A stretch of DNA of 32,000 nucleotides. It comes from Zygophlyctis sp. KS116 (lineage: Eukaryota > Fungi > Chytridiomycota). The stretch covers positions 1 through 32,000 of the forward strand of contig BAAFSQ010000056.1 in the NCBI GenBank assembly GCA_054661495.1. Reading direction: 5' to 3'. Position 1 is the first letter of the stretch. The number at the start of each line of letters is the position of its first letter. The notes under the pieces were generated by a model. That model ran no database searches and was not told the DNA's origin. It saw only the letters and a program-made list of their open reading frames with translations. The position numbers and the translations under genes are program-made. Positions 20,699-32,000 of the stretch are shown piece by piece.

Positions 20699-23600
20699 TC
20701 CTTTTGATCTAAATGCTGTAAAACTTGTAACAGTCGATTTTGAGAATTTCCTACAGAAGAAGAGGTTGAATCAGTTGTTTTTGGGCTTGAACAAAACTCA
20801 TTCCAAAAGCGATCTTCTGCATCTAATAAAGTATCATCAGAAATGTAAGAAGCAGAGACTAAGAGATTTTCTCCTTGTGCATTAGGCAGAGGCCGCTGAT
20901 TAGCAGATGATAAAGAAGTCTTTGGTTTCATGTCCCTAAAGTCCCACATTCAGTTTGGGAGCGGAGATGGCAAAATGATCTAAACGCCTAAACAGAAAGT
21001 CAAGATTCAATTATATAGAATTACTTAAAATTGTAATCGTAGCTGGGAATTCTAAATGAAATTGATATTTGGAATCTACAATCAATGGTTTCCCAGTCAG
21101 ATTTTTTAATATGTAAAAACTTGACTTCTAAATATTATAGAAAATCAGTTACCAAGCACTTTTTTTTGAATGGAAAGTAAGAGTCTCGATATAGGATTCC
21201 TATAGAACCAGATCCATCTTTGGCAGTAATACATTGAGAGAATTTCTTTATGCGTGTATTATCTTCATCATACACGATATCTAAAATTAAGATGTTACAA
21301 TTACCTAAAACTTCAAAAATAACGTCTATGCAATTAAATGAATTAATCTCTGAAAAATATCCCATTTTTCTGGGAGAATACAAGGTTTGAATGTTTTGAT
21401 CACAGGGAAAATCTAAAAAGGAATTGGTTCTGGCTGAAATATTTGTAATCCCCAACCTTTTTCCATCAGAGTTTACTTTATAAATCTAAAGTTAAATCGT
21501 TCAATTTACTTTAAATCGGTTTCCTTCATGTACTTGATCAAGGAAATCATCTCCTGGATTCCATACTGTTAAATTTGCATACGATAATTGATTAATATCT
21601 AGATTAAATGGAGGATAATCAGTCACTTTAAGTAATAAAAGTCTTGAAACTTTTCTTTTAGGGACAATTTCCTAATTTATTAATAGCAAATATTTACCTC
21701 TATTTCTTCACAGAGTTCTTTCTGAATTGTTTGTATGAAATCAGGAGAATATTTTTCATCATATCCTTTGGTTTTTATATCGGCCAACTTTTGAAACTCA
21801 TTTTGGTATTTTCTCGTCCAAATATCTTGAGCTTGCTCGTTTTCTTCAATGATAAGAAATCGTTTCTGGCCGTCTGACAATATTTCAAAATAGCGAATCG
21901 GATAAATACGATGAATTAAAATGTCTATACAGGGAATTTGACCTCCATCATTAACAATTTTTGATAGTCCAATTGTAAAACACGGAGAAGGTTGAAATCC
22001 TATTAGTTAAACAACATGAATTAGTACCTAGGCGGGTATGCCATCTCGCTCTTCTAGTTCCATTACAAGAAACAGATAACTGAGTTTGATCAGAAACGTC
22101 CAAAGGTGAGCAAGCTTCCAATTGTCCGACGACCTACTTATTACAATATATGAAGTTTACCGATGCCCCACATATATGAAGCTTCTGTCCCTGGAAAATT
22201 CTTTTTAATTTCACAAATTCTTGGAGCGGTTGATCAAGCTTCGCTTTTATTCTGTACCATCCATCAGACAAATATACAGATAAATCAAAAATTAACTTTT
22301 ATAAAAAATGTACCTTTATCAATAAGCTGCACGTAGAGAACCAAATGTCTGCTGGGAACATCATCTTTCTCTAAAATACATTTGAGCGCCGATCTTTTTG
22401 GAATATTTACTTCAGTGTCATAACTTAGGATTAAAAAGTTCAATTCACTAACCGATAACGCAGTTGGCCTAATATGTGCTGTGAACTCCAATAAAGTTCC
22501 AAAAATCTCGGGAAAAATCTTACTGTACACGCTGTTTTGAAAATAATATAATGATAATGATTCTTGACCCAATTAATTGTTGCTAAAGATTCCAAAGCAC
22601 CAAACTTAATCAATTCTTCACGATAAAGTTCCATTGTCCACTGAGTATTTTCATCTTTTTCAAAGCAGAAATCGAAATTATGCGTTAAAATTTTAAAAAC
22701 AGAATCAGGCCTTTAATTAGTCAACTTTGAGATGTACATAGAATTAGTATCAGGCATGTTTCTATTTAAATTTCCTAATGAACCAATATAAATCCTTTCG
22801 GGATTAGTTTTGAGTTCCACTAATTCATTTAATTTGGCGGGTTTTGTAACAATATTCGAGGGCTTTTTGATGGAGAGTAGAGATCTCCCAACATCCGATC
22901 GTTTAGTTGGTCTTGATGGAGTTTTAAATCTTTGTGTGGAAGGCAATGCAAATTTTTGTTTAGATGAAAGTAGTGATGGTGTTTTGAATGCTCTCTTTTT
23001 ATCGGCGCCATGCGGTTTTGAGATGTTATTTAAATAACTGTCGTTTGATTTCATTCCAATTGGATCTTTTCGACTATTATCTGGATTAACTGGAGTATTT
23101 TCGATTTTACTTGGCTTTCTTTCACTAAATAAATTATGCCTTGTTAAAAACCTTTCAGATATCAATTCATGGGATCTTTTTCGCGCTGTTTCAGATATGG
23201 CCGGTAAGGGGGTGCCTCTAGCGCTATTAAATCCCAAAGTCGGCTTTCCGGATGTTATTTGGTCACTGCTATATATTATATGACTGAAATTATCACCTGG
23301 ATTCAAAAAGAAATGACTGCGCCTTTATTCTGGCCGACTCTGATATTTCTGGGAGTGGAGTGCCTCTTGCACTGCTAAATCCAGACGAAAAAGTCACAGT
23401 AGGTTTTTTAGTTTCCGCTGCTGTGAATGCTTCATTGCTGATTGTTAATCTACTTAAATATTACTTTTCGCATGAAAGGATGGATTTTGCCCTTTCTCGG
23501 GCCACATCCGATATTTCTCGCAATTTCCCACCGCTAGCGCTCATGAAACCAATCTTTGAGCTTTTAACGTTTCCCGAATTTATATTTGGAGTAAATTTTG

Positions 23601-24774
23601 CATTTCTGGAAGTAATTATATCAATTCAAATCTTACTCTACTAAAACGCTTGATCTACTAGATTCCTCCTGTTTGTCTTTATCCAATTGTGATATTTTCC
23701 CTTCACTATTATAATCAATGTTGGATTCAAAAAGCTCTGATAATGGTTTTGGTTTCTCTTTATCAACAGATCCACCGCAAACCCCCACAAAAGCTGGATC
23801 TTCATTGGTGATTTCCTTATCATTATCATACTTTCTTATGAACTGACTCATTTGATCAACCTGATGCAGTACTGATTGACTAAATTCATTTTTTGAAGAA
23901 AAAAAATCTTGTGAATCTAGTGGAATATTGACATTTTCGTCCGATTCTAAAACATTTTGGTTTGAATTATGAATTTGAGACATCATTTCACCAAATGTGA
24001 TTTCTCTTTGGCTATTTTTACTATTATATTCAGAATTTCCATCTTCAATCGGCTAAAAATTAATTACAAATATGTTACTTCTATATCTTGCTCTCCCCTT
24101 TCTGATACAGAGTTCGCACTCTCTTCAATTTCATCTACAATATCTTTAAGATCGTCCTCTATTTTTTTTGGATGGCGCTCATCATTTGCTTGAATTATTG
24201 TAGATCCAGGTCCAGTTCCCTTAGAACAATCATCCTTGCTAACCGTCGTTCTTCTCTCAACTGTTGGCTGCATAGTCTTTAAGAATCTAGACATTGACAA
24301 TCTAGGAGTAGAATATGAAGATAAATCTATCCTTTTACATGGAGATGTAGATACTAAATGGTCTAGACTGTCCAATGCAACATCGCGCGATCTAATAAAT
24401 GATTTCTGGGTCGGCGTATCATTAGAACTAACAATATCAGAGTCGACAATTCTTCTTGTTTTAGGAGTATTATTCGATCTTTGATCAATGTCTGGAAAGT
24501 CTTCGCTTAAAAGCATCGAGACTTCACAGGCATCAATCTCAAAGGATTCATTAGGATTCCTCTGTATTTTACTCTGATGTATGAATGATGGTGGAGTTTC
24601 AAAACTAAAGTCTGTTTTCCTTAACTCGTTGGCAATTTGATGTGGCGATTTAATATCGTCAAGCATTGGAGTTTCCAACAATTTATTCCATTGCACGATT
24701 GAAGTTTTTCTAATTGTGGACGCTGATGGGTCAGAACGAATATTGGCCAGTCGTGCAGGTGTATAATGGCTCAT
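20695..24774 (-). CDS. BRCA2: BRCA2/Brh2 homologue (3 BRC repeats, helical domain, OB folds; many tiny introns)
   Basis: WVKNHYHYIIFK, YDTEVNIPKRSALKCILEKDD, LSDGWY, GQKLHICG, GTRRARWHTRLGF. BRC-like GFMSASGG, GFSSARG and GFNSARG. Confidence 0.9.
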
Positions 24775-24825
24775 AAACTAAAAGAATTATTATATGCTCC
24801 TACACCATCTCCAATTGTTTCTATA

Positions 24826-25773
24826 TTAAGATAAGTCATTTATCCAATCAATAATGCTTGGTAAATAATCAAAGATCAAGAAATGTCCTCCATCTTCTAC
24901 TTGAACCAGCGGACAATTTATCTGCGAGGCTAAATATCTGCCCATACCAATAGTTGTAGCATTATCTTCCTTTCCGTGCCAAATCTGAATTTTGACTTTT
25001 AAATCCGATATAGGAAATCCCCAATTTTTACCCCATAGTGAATATTCATTAGCGATCGACTCAAATTGTCCACGCGAAATGAGCTCATACTCGCTCTTTA
25101 AAAAGAGTAAATGAATTTCTGATTTTGAAATTACCAACTGATCACAAGTAGGAAAACTATATATCGAATCAGTGGAATCTGTAAATACTTGATCCAAGGT
25201 CCTATTTCCATCCCTACGTGTTAGAAAACGAACCAAGTATGGGACAGCATAAACAGAGAACCATGCACACTTATTAGCAAAAGACATTCCTTGATAGCTA
25301 GATGGTTTATGTGGAGAAATAGATGATACAATAGCTAATTTATGAATCAGATGAGGACAATGATATGCCACAGCTAAAGCCCAAGGACCTCCAGCAGAAT
25401 AAGCAACTATTGATACATTTGATTTTACAACATTCAGAATGAATTCTTCAACATCTGATGCCCAGTCTATAAAATTCATTCTCTTTGATGATGATAGTCC
25501 AAATCCTGGCCTTTCCACAACAATCCATCTCAATCCTCTGATCTTATTGATTGCTGGCGGTATAAAGAGACGGCTCCCTGGGATTCCATGAAAGAATAAG
25601 ACTGGAACAGTTTCATCAATGCTATCGTCAGGATGAATGGTTTCTGAATATCCAATAGTGCATCCATCTTTAAGTGTATATGTCGATCCCTGTGTACAAG
25701 GGAATTCTATCGACTCTAGTTCCTCAAGTATTTTGTCTTTGGCCAATGACTCTTTGGAGCCATAGCTCCCCAT
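24826..25773 (-). CDS. Alpha/beta hydrolase (apparently intronless)
   Basis: FFHGIPGSR, ERPGFGLS, AYSAGG nucleophile elbow, IWHGKED, GGHF. Start taken at ATG 25773 (MGSYGS). Confidence 0.88.
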   Translation of the reverse strand: MGSYGSKESLAKDKILEELESIEFPCTQGSTYTLKDGCTIGYSETIHPDDSIDETVPVLFFHGIPGSRLFIPPAINKIRGLRWIVVERPGFGLSSSKRMNFIDWASDVEEFILNVVKSNVSIVAYSAGGPWALAVAYHCPHLIHKLAIVSSISPHKPSSYQGMSFANKCAWFSVYAVPYLVRFLTRRDGNRTLDQVFTDSTDSIYSFPTCDQLVISKSEIHLLFLKSEYELISRGQFESIANEYSLWGKNWGFPISDLKVKIQIWHGKEDNATTIGMGRYLASQINCPLVQVEDGGHFLIFDYLPSIIDWINDLS

Positions 25774-25821
25774 AAATCCTAAAACTAAAAATTTAATGAA
25801 CAAGTTTCGGACAAATTATTT

Positions 25822-27157
25822 CTATTGATGCATAATCTCCTTTAATAGCGACTGTGAAGACTCTGTTAGGCCAAGAGGCTCAAGTTTAGAAATTATTTCC
25901 TGGTTTTTCTTGTGGCCATCTGTTAAATTACGAATCGCAAAAATTGAGCATTCTTTTACAAATGGATATTCATCTTGGATGTTGCAATGATCTAAAAGGA
26001 TGCCCATTCCTCCCAAATCAGCAACTAAATCCTGATTTTTTCTACAACGATAGCTTAAGTTTCCAATTATTTTAATGCAATCACTCTTTATAAGTACAAA
26101 AGGACCGTTTGGTGTAGAAAACGACTTTGTTGGTGGAGTTTTGACTTTAATTAGGAATTCTATTTTTTACAGATAAAAAAATTACCTAAAATTGCCGGAA
26201 TAATCAAACTCCCAATTCTAATGTTTTCCTCTAAATCAAGTGTAACTATTGTTAAAACTTCAACAATATTTGGTAAAATCAAGGGGCAGTCAGTAATGCT
26301 TTTGATCCCATTAGATTTTTCCATGAATAAGCAAACAATCCAATCAACTGTGCGTCTCAAAGTTGTCCACTTTATATCGCGAGAAGATGATAATCCAATA
26401 ATCAAATAAAATAGACTGGGATCTAGTCTTTGCACTTTATTTACCATATATGGGAGGTTATCACATTTTAAAATATTTTCCAATTGCGCCATTCTACATT
26501 ATTATCATTAGATTAATTACAAAACATTATCTAGATCATATTGAGAAGAGTCGGCTACGGTCTTTTCATAAAATATTTTGAGGTATTCCGAGTCTGAATC
26601 AATAAGAGTGTAAAGAGCTTCAGAGTTATTAATTGTACAATTTAAAAACCAAATACTCTATGTGCTGAAAAGCGTTTCGTCTTCAAAGAGTAATGATGCA
26701 CTGTATAATCAATCAAAAAAATCCTACGTCATTATGAATGAACATTGTAAAATTTGCGGCCATACTTGTTCAACTACTCTTAAATTGTTAGTCATCATAT
26801 TAGATAATGACTGCAGTGCCATATTTATAGCTGTCTTCCTCAAGTTGATATCAGAGCTTGACTCATCTAATATCCGCTCAATGGCCATTATGCCAACTTT
26901 TGGTAATATGTTTCTAAATGTAAAAAATAAAAAAAATACATTGCTGAATTCTGATAATGCATTCCCTTACTACAAATGTTTCTTGCACATTGAAAGTAAT
27001 GTTTAATCTTTAATAATTTTTCATCAGTCCTAAAATGATCAATCAGCACAAAGTGTTTTTCCCACTCATCCCAGAAAGAATAAGGTTCATATTGAAAATC
27101 ATCTCTTAAAATAGTTGAAGCCAAAGTTGACGGATCATCAAATCTGATCTCTAGCAT
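25822..27157 (-). CDS. Ataxin-10 / Ctr86-like armadillo protein
   Basis: C-terminal IIGNLSY...NQDLVADLGG..ILLDHCNIQDEYPFVKECSIFAIRNL...NQEII is the ataxin-10 domain. Multiple tiny introns. Confidence 0.8.
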
Positions 27158-27165
27158 AATAATTT

Positions 27166-28571
27166 TCAATTGTTCGCCTTTAATCCTTCTACCCTAGAGT
27201 CAACCCTTGAGTAAAATTCTTGGGCATGACGATTCATTCTAGCCTGAACAGAAGGAGGATTCGCAAACCTAGGATCGGAATGATGAACAGGGAAGCAAGG
27301 ATCTCCAAATTCTAGCTTTCGACTTTGCGCATAATCATTTTCGGTCTCTGGATCTTCACCATCTGGAAATTCCAACGAATCATAACTATCTACGATATAA
27401 GACGCATGAGATAAATTTAAGTTAGAGTGCAGTAGTCTCGAAGATTCACTTAATTCATCATGTGAATCACGAGGGAAATCATTCCAAATATCTTCACGAT
27501 ATGATTTAGTTGAAAAAAGTGTCCCCTTAAACACATGATAAGCATCCTGAATGATATCTTTCACTCCCAAGACATCTTTAATTGCCCAATTCAATAATAA
27601 TCTTGAAGATAGCCTGGAATCATCATAGTCTGTCCAAGGAAAAGCAAAAGCGTGATAAATTGCAAAAAATGGCATTTCAAGAGTAATTAGCAAATCCTGT
27701 ATTGCCAAGGCCATATTGTTTGTAGAATAAGATTCATTACCTCTAATAAATCCCAATTTGACTAAGAAGGCTACAGCCATTCCCTGCCAAAATGTCAAGA
27801 AAATAATCATTTTAACACAGATAAACTTTGGAAGTGGTCTATATTTAGAATTTTTCTATGAAATCTGCCATACCTATATGGTTCTAAATCTTTCTTGCAA
27901 GTAACGTAAAATAAAACCAAAGCATACATACAAATGCATATACTTAAATTATAAAATAAAGAAATCCACAGATAAGAGCTATCCCATGCAATATACCTAA
28001 ATTGTTAAACTGAATGAATTTACCCTTCAGAATAGCTATCTGTAAGTTTCAAAAGCATGATTAAAATCCCTAAAACAGGCTTAACAATCACAAATTGAAT
28101 TATACTGGCACGAACTGATAAAAATGTTGCAGGATCACCCATCTAATTTGTTAAAATCAATATCTTACAGCCAATGGTTTTAAAAAATAATTAAATGGCC
28201 ATAAATGATGTATACGAATCCTATTTTTCAAAAGCCGTAAGAGAGCCCTTTCTCCATTCAAATAATTAACCAACAACACAAAAAAAGAATACACAACAAA
28301 TGCTTCATAGATATCACGAACTGTGTCAATATAGTCCGATGCATTCTTGAAAAATAGAGAAATGAGTGTAGTTATCGTATAAATCGGAACCCTTACCGTC
28401 ATGATGTCAAACTTACATTAATAGAATCCTTATACTAGTTCTCTGCAGATCTGGGCGACGATAATTGTATAAATGCAGCATAATAGTATGTATCGATATG
28501 AGTACTGCCAAAAGTGCGCTTAATACGGAAACATAGGAAAAGGCTATGCCAAGTTTATTGATTCCTTCCAT
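27166..28571 (-). CDS. TMEM184 / organic solute transporter alpha family (Hfl1-like)
   Basis: HLYNYRRPDLQR..IRILLMVPIY, RDIYEAFVVYSFF, QFVIVKP, PKFICVKMIIFLTFWQG, QDLLITLEM. Confidence 0.92.
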
Positions 28572-28731
28572 GGTCAGTCAACCATAAGCCTACACATGCT
28601 TGTTTATCTGCTTCTTTTCGTCTTGGGTGCTGATGGTGCTGCTGATGGTGGGAACCTGAGTGAGGCTTATGACGCCATGAATCCAAATGCCAAGCCATTC
28701 AGCACATCAGCATTTACAAGGGTCAGACATT

Positions 28732-29908
28732 ATGAAATTCTTGACTCTGGTGTGTTTGATTCCCCATCTTTTGGCGTATGGTGGCAAATTACGAAAGGCG
28801 CTTCCGAAAACTGTTCCGTTAAAACATGATTATGAGGCTCAGATCTTTGATTCGATTGATGACATTAGAACCGAATATCAATGGGATGATAAAGTTTCCA
28901 TGGATGCTGATGTTAAGGATGGTTCTGATGAAATGGATTTTCAGACACCAAAATTAAAAATAACGGTTCCAATGTATGAAGACAATAGCCGTAAATTTAA
29001 AATTGGTGCATTCCCGAAACAAGAGATTACGTATCAGATGGGCACAAGAGTTCTTACAGATGATGTGGCAATCTATATTATATACTATGGGGGCTGGTCT
29101 CAACAACAAAAAGATATTTTGAATGAATTTACGGCATCGTTAGGGGACTCATGTGCGTTTATATAAATTTAAAGATTAGCTTGGTGGAACATTATGCGAA
29201 AATATTACTCTCAAAAGGATATTAACTCTGAAAAAGTTTATGTACGAGGAAATATGTCAGTTAAAGGAATTGTGGATGATGAATACTCTCTAGGGTATAA
29301 ATTGGAAGGTGATGCACTTTCGGATATTGTTAGAAATCAAGTGAATAAAGGGGCACTTCCTCAAGATTCTAAAGGAGTTTATATGATCTTAACCTCTGAT
29401 GATGTTAAAGAAGTTTACAGGTATGGAGACGGAGAAATGTGTGTAGACTATTGTGGTTATCATCTAACTGGAGAATTTACCGATGGATCAATCTTTTACT
29501 TTGCAATGGTAGGAGTTTTAGCGAAATCTTTAACAATATAGGCTGGTAGACCATCAAAATGCTTATCTGGCTGTGCAGGCTCAAATATTCGTACTTCTCC
29601 AAACAATGATCCTGCAACTGATGCAATGGCCTCAACAATTGCTCATGAGCTTGCTGAAGCTGTATCTGATCCAGATGATGAACTGGTAGAGACTAGAGCT
29701 TGGAATGCCGCAGATGGAATGGAAAATGGTAATTTTACGTAATTTACCTAAAGGTGATATGTGCTCCTACAAGTTTGGACCTACTATGCAAAATATAAAT
29801 TCTGATGGTCGCAGATCCATGTACAATTACATTAGTGGTGCAGGACAAAAATTTCTCGTTCAGCAAAATTGGGATCCTGAACTGCAAAAGTGCGTATCAA
29901 GCGCTTAA
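28732..29908 (+). CDS. Phi-1/EXORDIUM-like secreted protein, copy 1
   Basis: Signal peptide, then IYIIYYGGW, WWNI, YCGYH, SPNNDP..DAM...AHELAEAVSDP, ENGDMC, FLVQQNWD. Introns 29153-29179, 29509-29541 and 29729-29753. Confidence 0.85.
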
Positions 29909-30863
29909 ATTACTAGATTTGGCATTATATTATTAATTTAATCAAGTAATGACAATCCGTTCTATCTGAGAATTTAAGCCACCTTTTCAAGTAAATCACA
30001 TGGAGTAAATCCGATCCGGAACCTGACATCGAAAAGCCATGCGCTTGTCGTTTGAATGATCATGCCCACCTCGGGCTTAAATTTGCTTTAATAATGAAAT
30101 TCTTGACTCTTGTATGTTTGATTCCCCATATTTTGGCTTATGGTAACAAATTACGAAAGGCGCTTCCGAAAACTGTTCCGTTAAAACATGATGTTGAATC
30201 CCTAGATTTCCAATCCTATTGGGATGAATATGTTGCGGAAAAAAGCCAGGATTTCCATAATTCCGGTCCGGTGAAAGCAGATTTTAAGAACGGCGTGTTT
30301 GATGAAACATTCATGATGGAAAACGTGCCTAAAGACAATGCTGGCAAGACTAGAAATTCTGAACCAAAAACGTTTCTAGACCAAGAAGATGTTGTTGGTC
30401 CTGCTGTCCCACCATCAATGCAAACTGCTGAAGGATCGCTGCAATTGATAAAATCAAAGAATTTCCATGATCAAATGCGCAATAGATTGTCTAATGATGC
30501 CCTTTTGAGTATTGATGCAGGTAAACTTTTCTACATATTGACTTTAGACGACTACTCAGAAGAATTCGCTGATATCCCAACTTTAAAAGTTACTGTCCCA
30601 CTTTCTAGTTATGGATTTAGATATGGTGCATTCCCGAAACAAGAGATTACGTATCAGATGGGCACAAGAGTTCTTACAGATGATGTGGCAATCTATATTA
30701 TATACTATGGGGGCTGGTCTCAACAACAAAAAGATATTTTGAATGAATTTACGGCATCGTTAGGGGACTCATGTGCGTTTATATAAATTTAAAGATTAGC
30801 TTGGTGGAACATTATGCGAAAATATTACTCTCAAAAGGATATTAACTCTGAAAAAGTTTATGT
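29004..30863 (+). repeat. 240-bp identical direct repeat (29004-29243 and 30624-30863) between Phi-1 copies 1 and 2
   Basis: Base-for-base identity at offset 1620, including a 27-nt intron. Confidence 0.9.
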
Positions 30864-31528
30864 TAAGGGGAAGCTAAGGCTCATCAAATCTGTTGATGAT
30901 CCTTATTCTTTAGGTAGAGACTTGAATAATGATGCTTTACCTCGTCTGATTAATTCAAAGGTTCAGAATGGAATGCTACCCAAAGATTCTTCTGGGATAT
31001 ATATAGTTTTGACGTCTGATGATGTTCAAGAAGAGTTTAAAATGGGTAAGGCACGAATGTGTCGTGATTATTGTGGTTATCATCTAACTGGAAAATTCAC
31101 TGATGGATCCATCTTTTACTACGCATTGGTGAGAAACTTGGAAAAAATTACTAATTACATAGGCTGGTAGACCTACTAAATGTCTTCTTAGTTGTGGAGG
31201 TCCAAATGGCCGATCATCTCCCAATGGTGATCCTGCTACTGATGCAATGGTCTCTGCCATTGCTCATGAGTTGGCTGAAGCTGTATCAGATCCTGAAGTT
31301 AAAGGGGTCAAAACCAGGGCATGGAATGATGCAAAGTATATGGAAAATGGTATTTATAATTTTTTCATTTTAAAAGGTGACATGTGTGCATACAAGTATG
31401 GTCAGCTCCAAAGAGTATCTACTGGAGGAAGAAATTCATTCTACAATTACGTCAGTGCTGCGGGGACAAAGTTTTTAGTGCAGCAAAATTGGGATCCTGA
31501 ATTGCAAAAGTGCGTATCTTCTGCTTAA
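30094..31528 (+). CDS. Phi-1/EXORDIUM-like secreted protein, copy 2 (longer pro-region)
   Basis: Same motifs and intron positions as copy 1, plus a probable stop-free intron at 30521-30547. Confidence 0.85.
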
Positions 31529-31589
31529 ATATATGTAATACTTGAGAATCCAACGAAATTTTAATGATTTTCATTTAAGCAGCTTTGAA

Positions 31590-32000
31590 ATGAAACTTTT
31601 GGTAATCACGTTTTTGGGTTTCTGTTCGTCTTGGCCGATACATGAGATCGTATCTCCCAATTCGAAACTGATTGAAGATTGGACTAATGTCAAGCTACGG
31701 ATAGCTGCTCCGAAAACTCACCAGAGTCAAATACCCGCTTTTACTAGCAATCATTTGAAATACCATTTAGGAAATCCGGTGCTTACGGATCCTGTAGATA
31801 TATTCTGTAATTTATTTGTACTAAGGCAAGATATTTTCTATGGAGACTGGCAGAAATATAATAAGGATGTGCATGTGCTGGAGAATCTAGCAGAACATAT
31901 AGGAAATACCTCATGGTATGGGATCATGAAAGACTATTATTATCAGGAGTCTGTAGACTCTGAAAAGGTGTTTGTAAGTGGGGTGGTGAACTTTGTTAAA
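31590..32000 (+). CDS. Phi-1/EXORDIUM-like secreted protein, copy 3 (truncated by window end; absent from the ORF track)
   Basis: MKLLVITFLGFCSS signal, LKYHLGNPVLTDPVDIFYIFYGDW after removing intron 31807-31830, and GNTSWYGIMKDYY. Confidence 0.8.
   Translation, partial: MKLLVITFLGFCSSWPIHEIVSPNSKLIEDWTNVKLRIAAPKTHQSQIPAFTSNHLKYHLGNPVLTDPVDIFCNLFVLRQDIFYGDWQKYNKDVHVLENLAEHIGNTSWYGIMKDYYYQESVDSEKVFVSGVVNFVK

Noticed and set aside
23720-23800. Possible fourth BRC repeat (PAFVGVCGGS...LSELFES)
   Set aside because: Lacks the FxxA core and the spacing seen in the other three.
5143-26409. Numerous antisense or alternate-frame ORFs (e.g. 5400-5702, 9728-10003, 19710-20102, 23360-23644, 24236-24484)
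   Set aside because: Shadows of real genes with no motifs; 19710-20102 is the reverse of the Glu/Lys repeat.
28596-28829. 77-aa ORF with a hydrophobic start overlapping Phi-1 copy 1
   Set aside because: Out of frame with the conserved signal peptide and has no counterpart before copy 2.

Overview
Eukaryotic, AT-rich, extremely compact nuclear DNA in the standard genetic code. It is most likely from a zoosporic (flagellated) fungus such as a chytrid. This is an inference from fungal-type ARG4, ARO3/4, COQ1 and Asi-like genes together with the flagellar genes CEP164 and a CatSper-beta homologue. The window holds one tRNA-Arg(TCT) and about 19 protein genes. In order: ARG4, a VPS9-domain protein, DAHP synthase, a Myb/SANT protein, CCZ1, an Asi-like RING E3, COQ1, CATSPERB-like, a small zinc finger, a Zn-finger/TrmN6-like methyltransferase, ADAT1/TAD1, a GPR180-like membrane protein, CEP164, BRCA2, an alpha/beta hydrolase, ataxin-10, TMEM184 and a tandem array of three Phi-1/EXORDIUM-like genes. 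The ORF track is fragmented because nearly every gene is split by ultra-short GT-AG introns (about 24-34 nt, mostly 25-28 nt, reconstructed by hand). Most intergenic gaps are under about 90 nt and several genes touch or overlap. Highlights: a sperm CatSper channel auxiliary subunit in a fungus; a tiny-intron splicing system that appears to have a length floor; two candidate tRNA-A37 modifiers arranged head-to-head; a tRNA-Arg/ARG4/VPS9 block with a TAATG stop-start overlap; a BRCA2 with exon-encoded BRC repeats; and a gene-conversion tract in the Phi-1 array. All homology calls come from motif recognition, not database searches.
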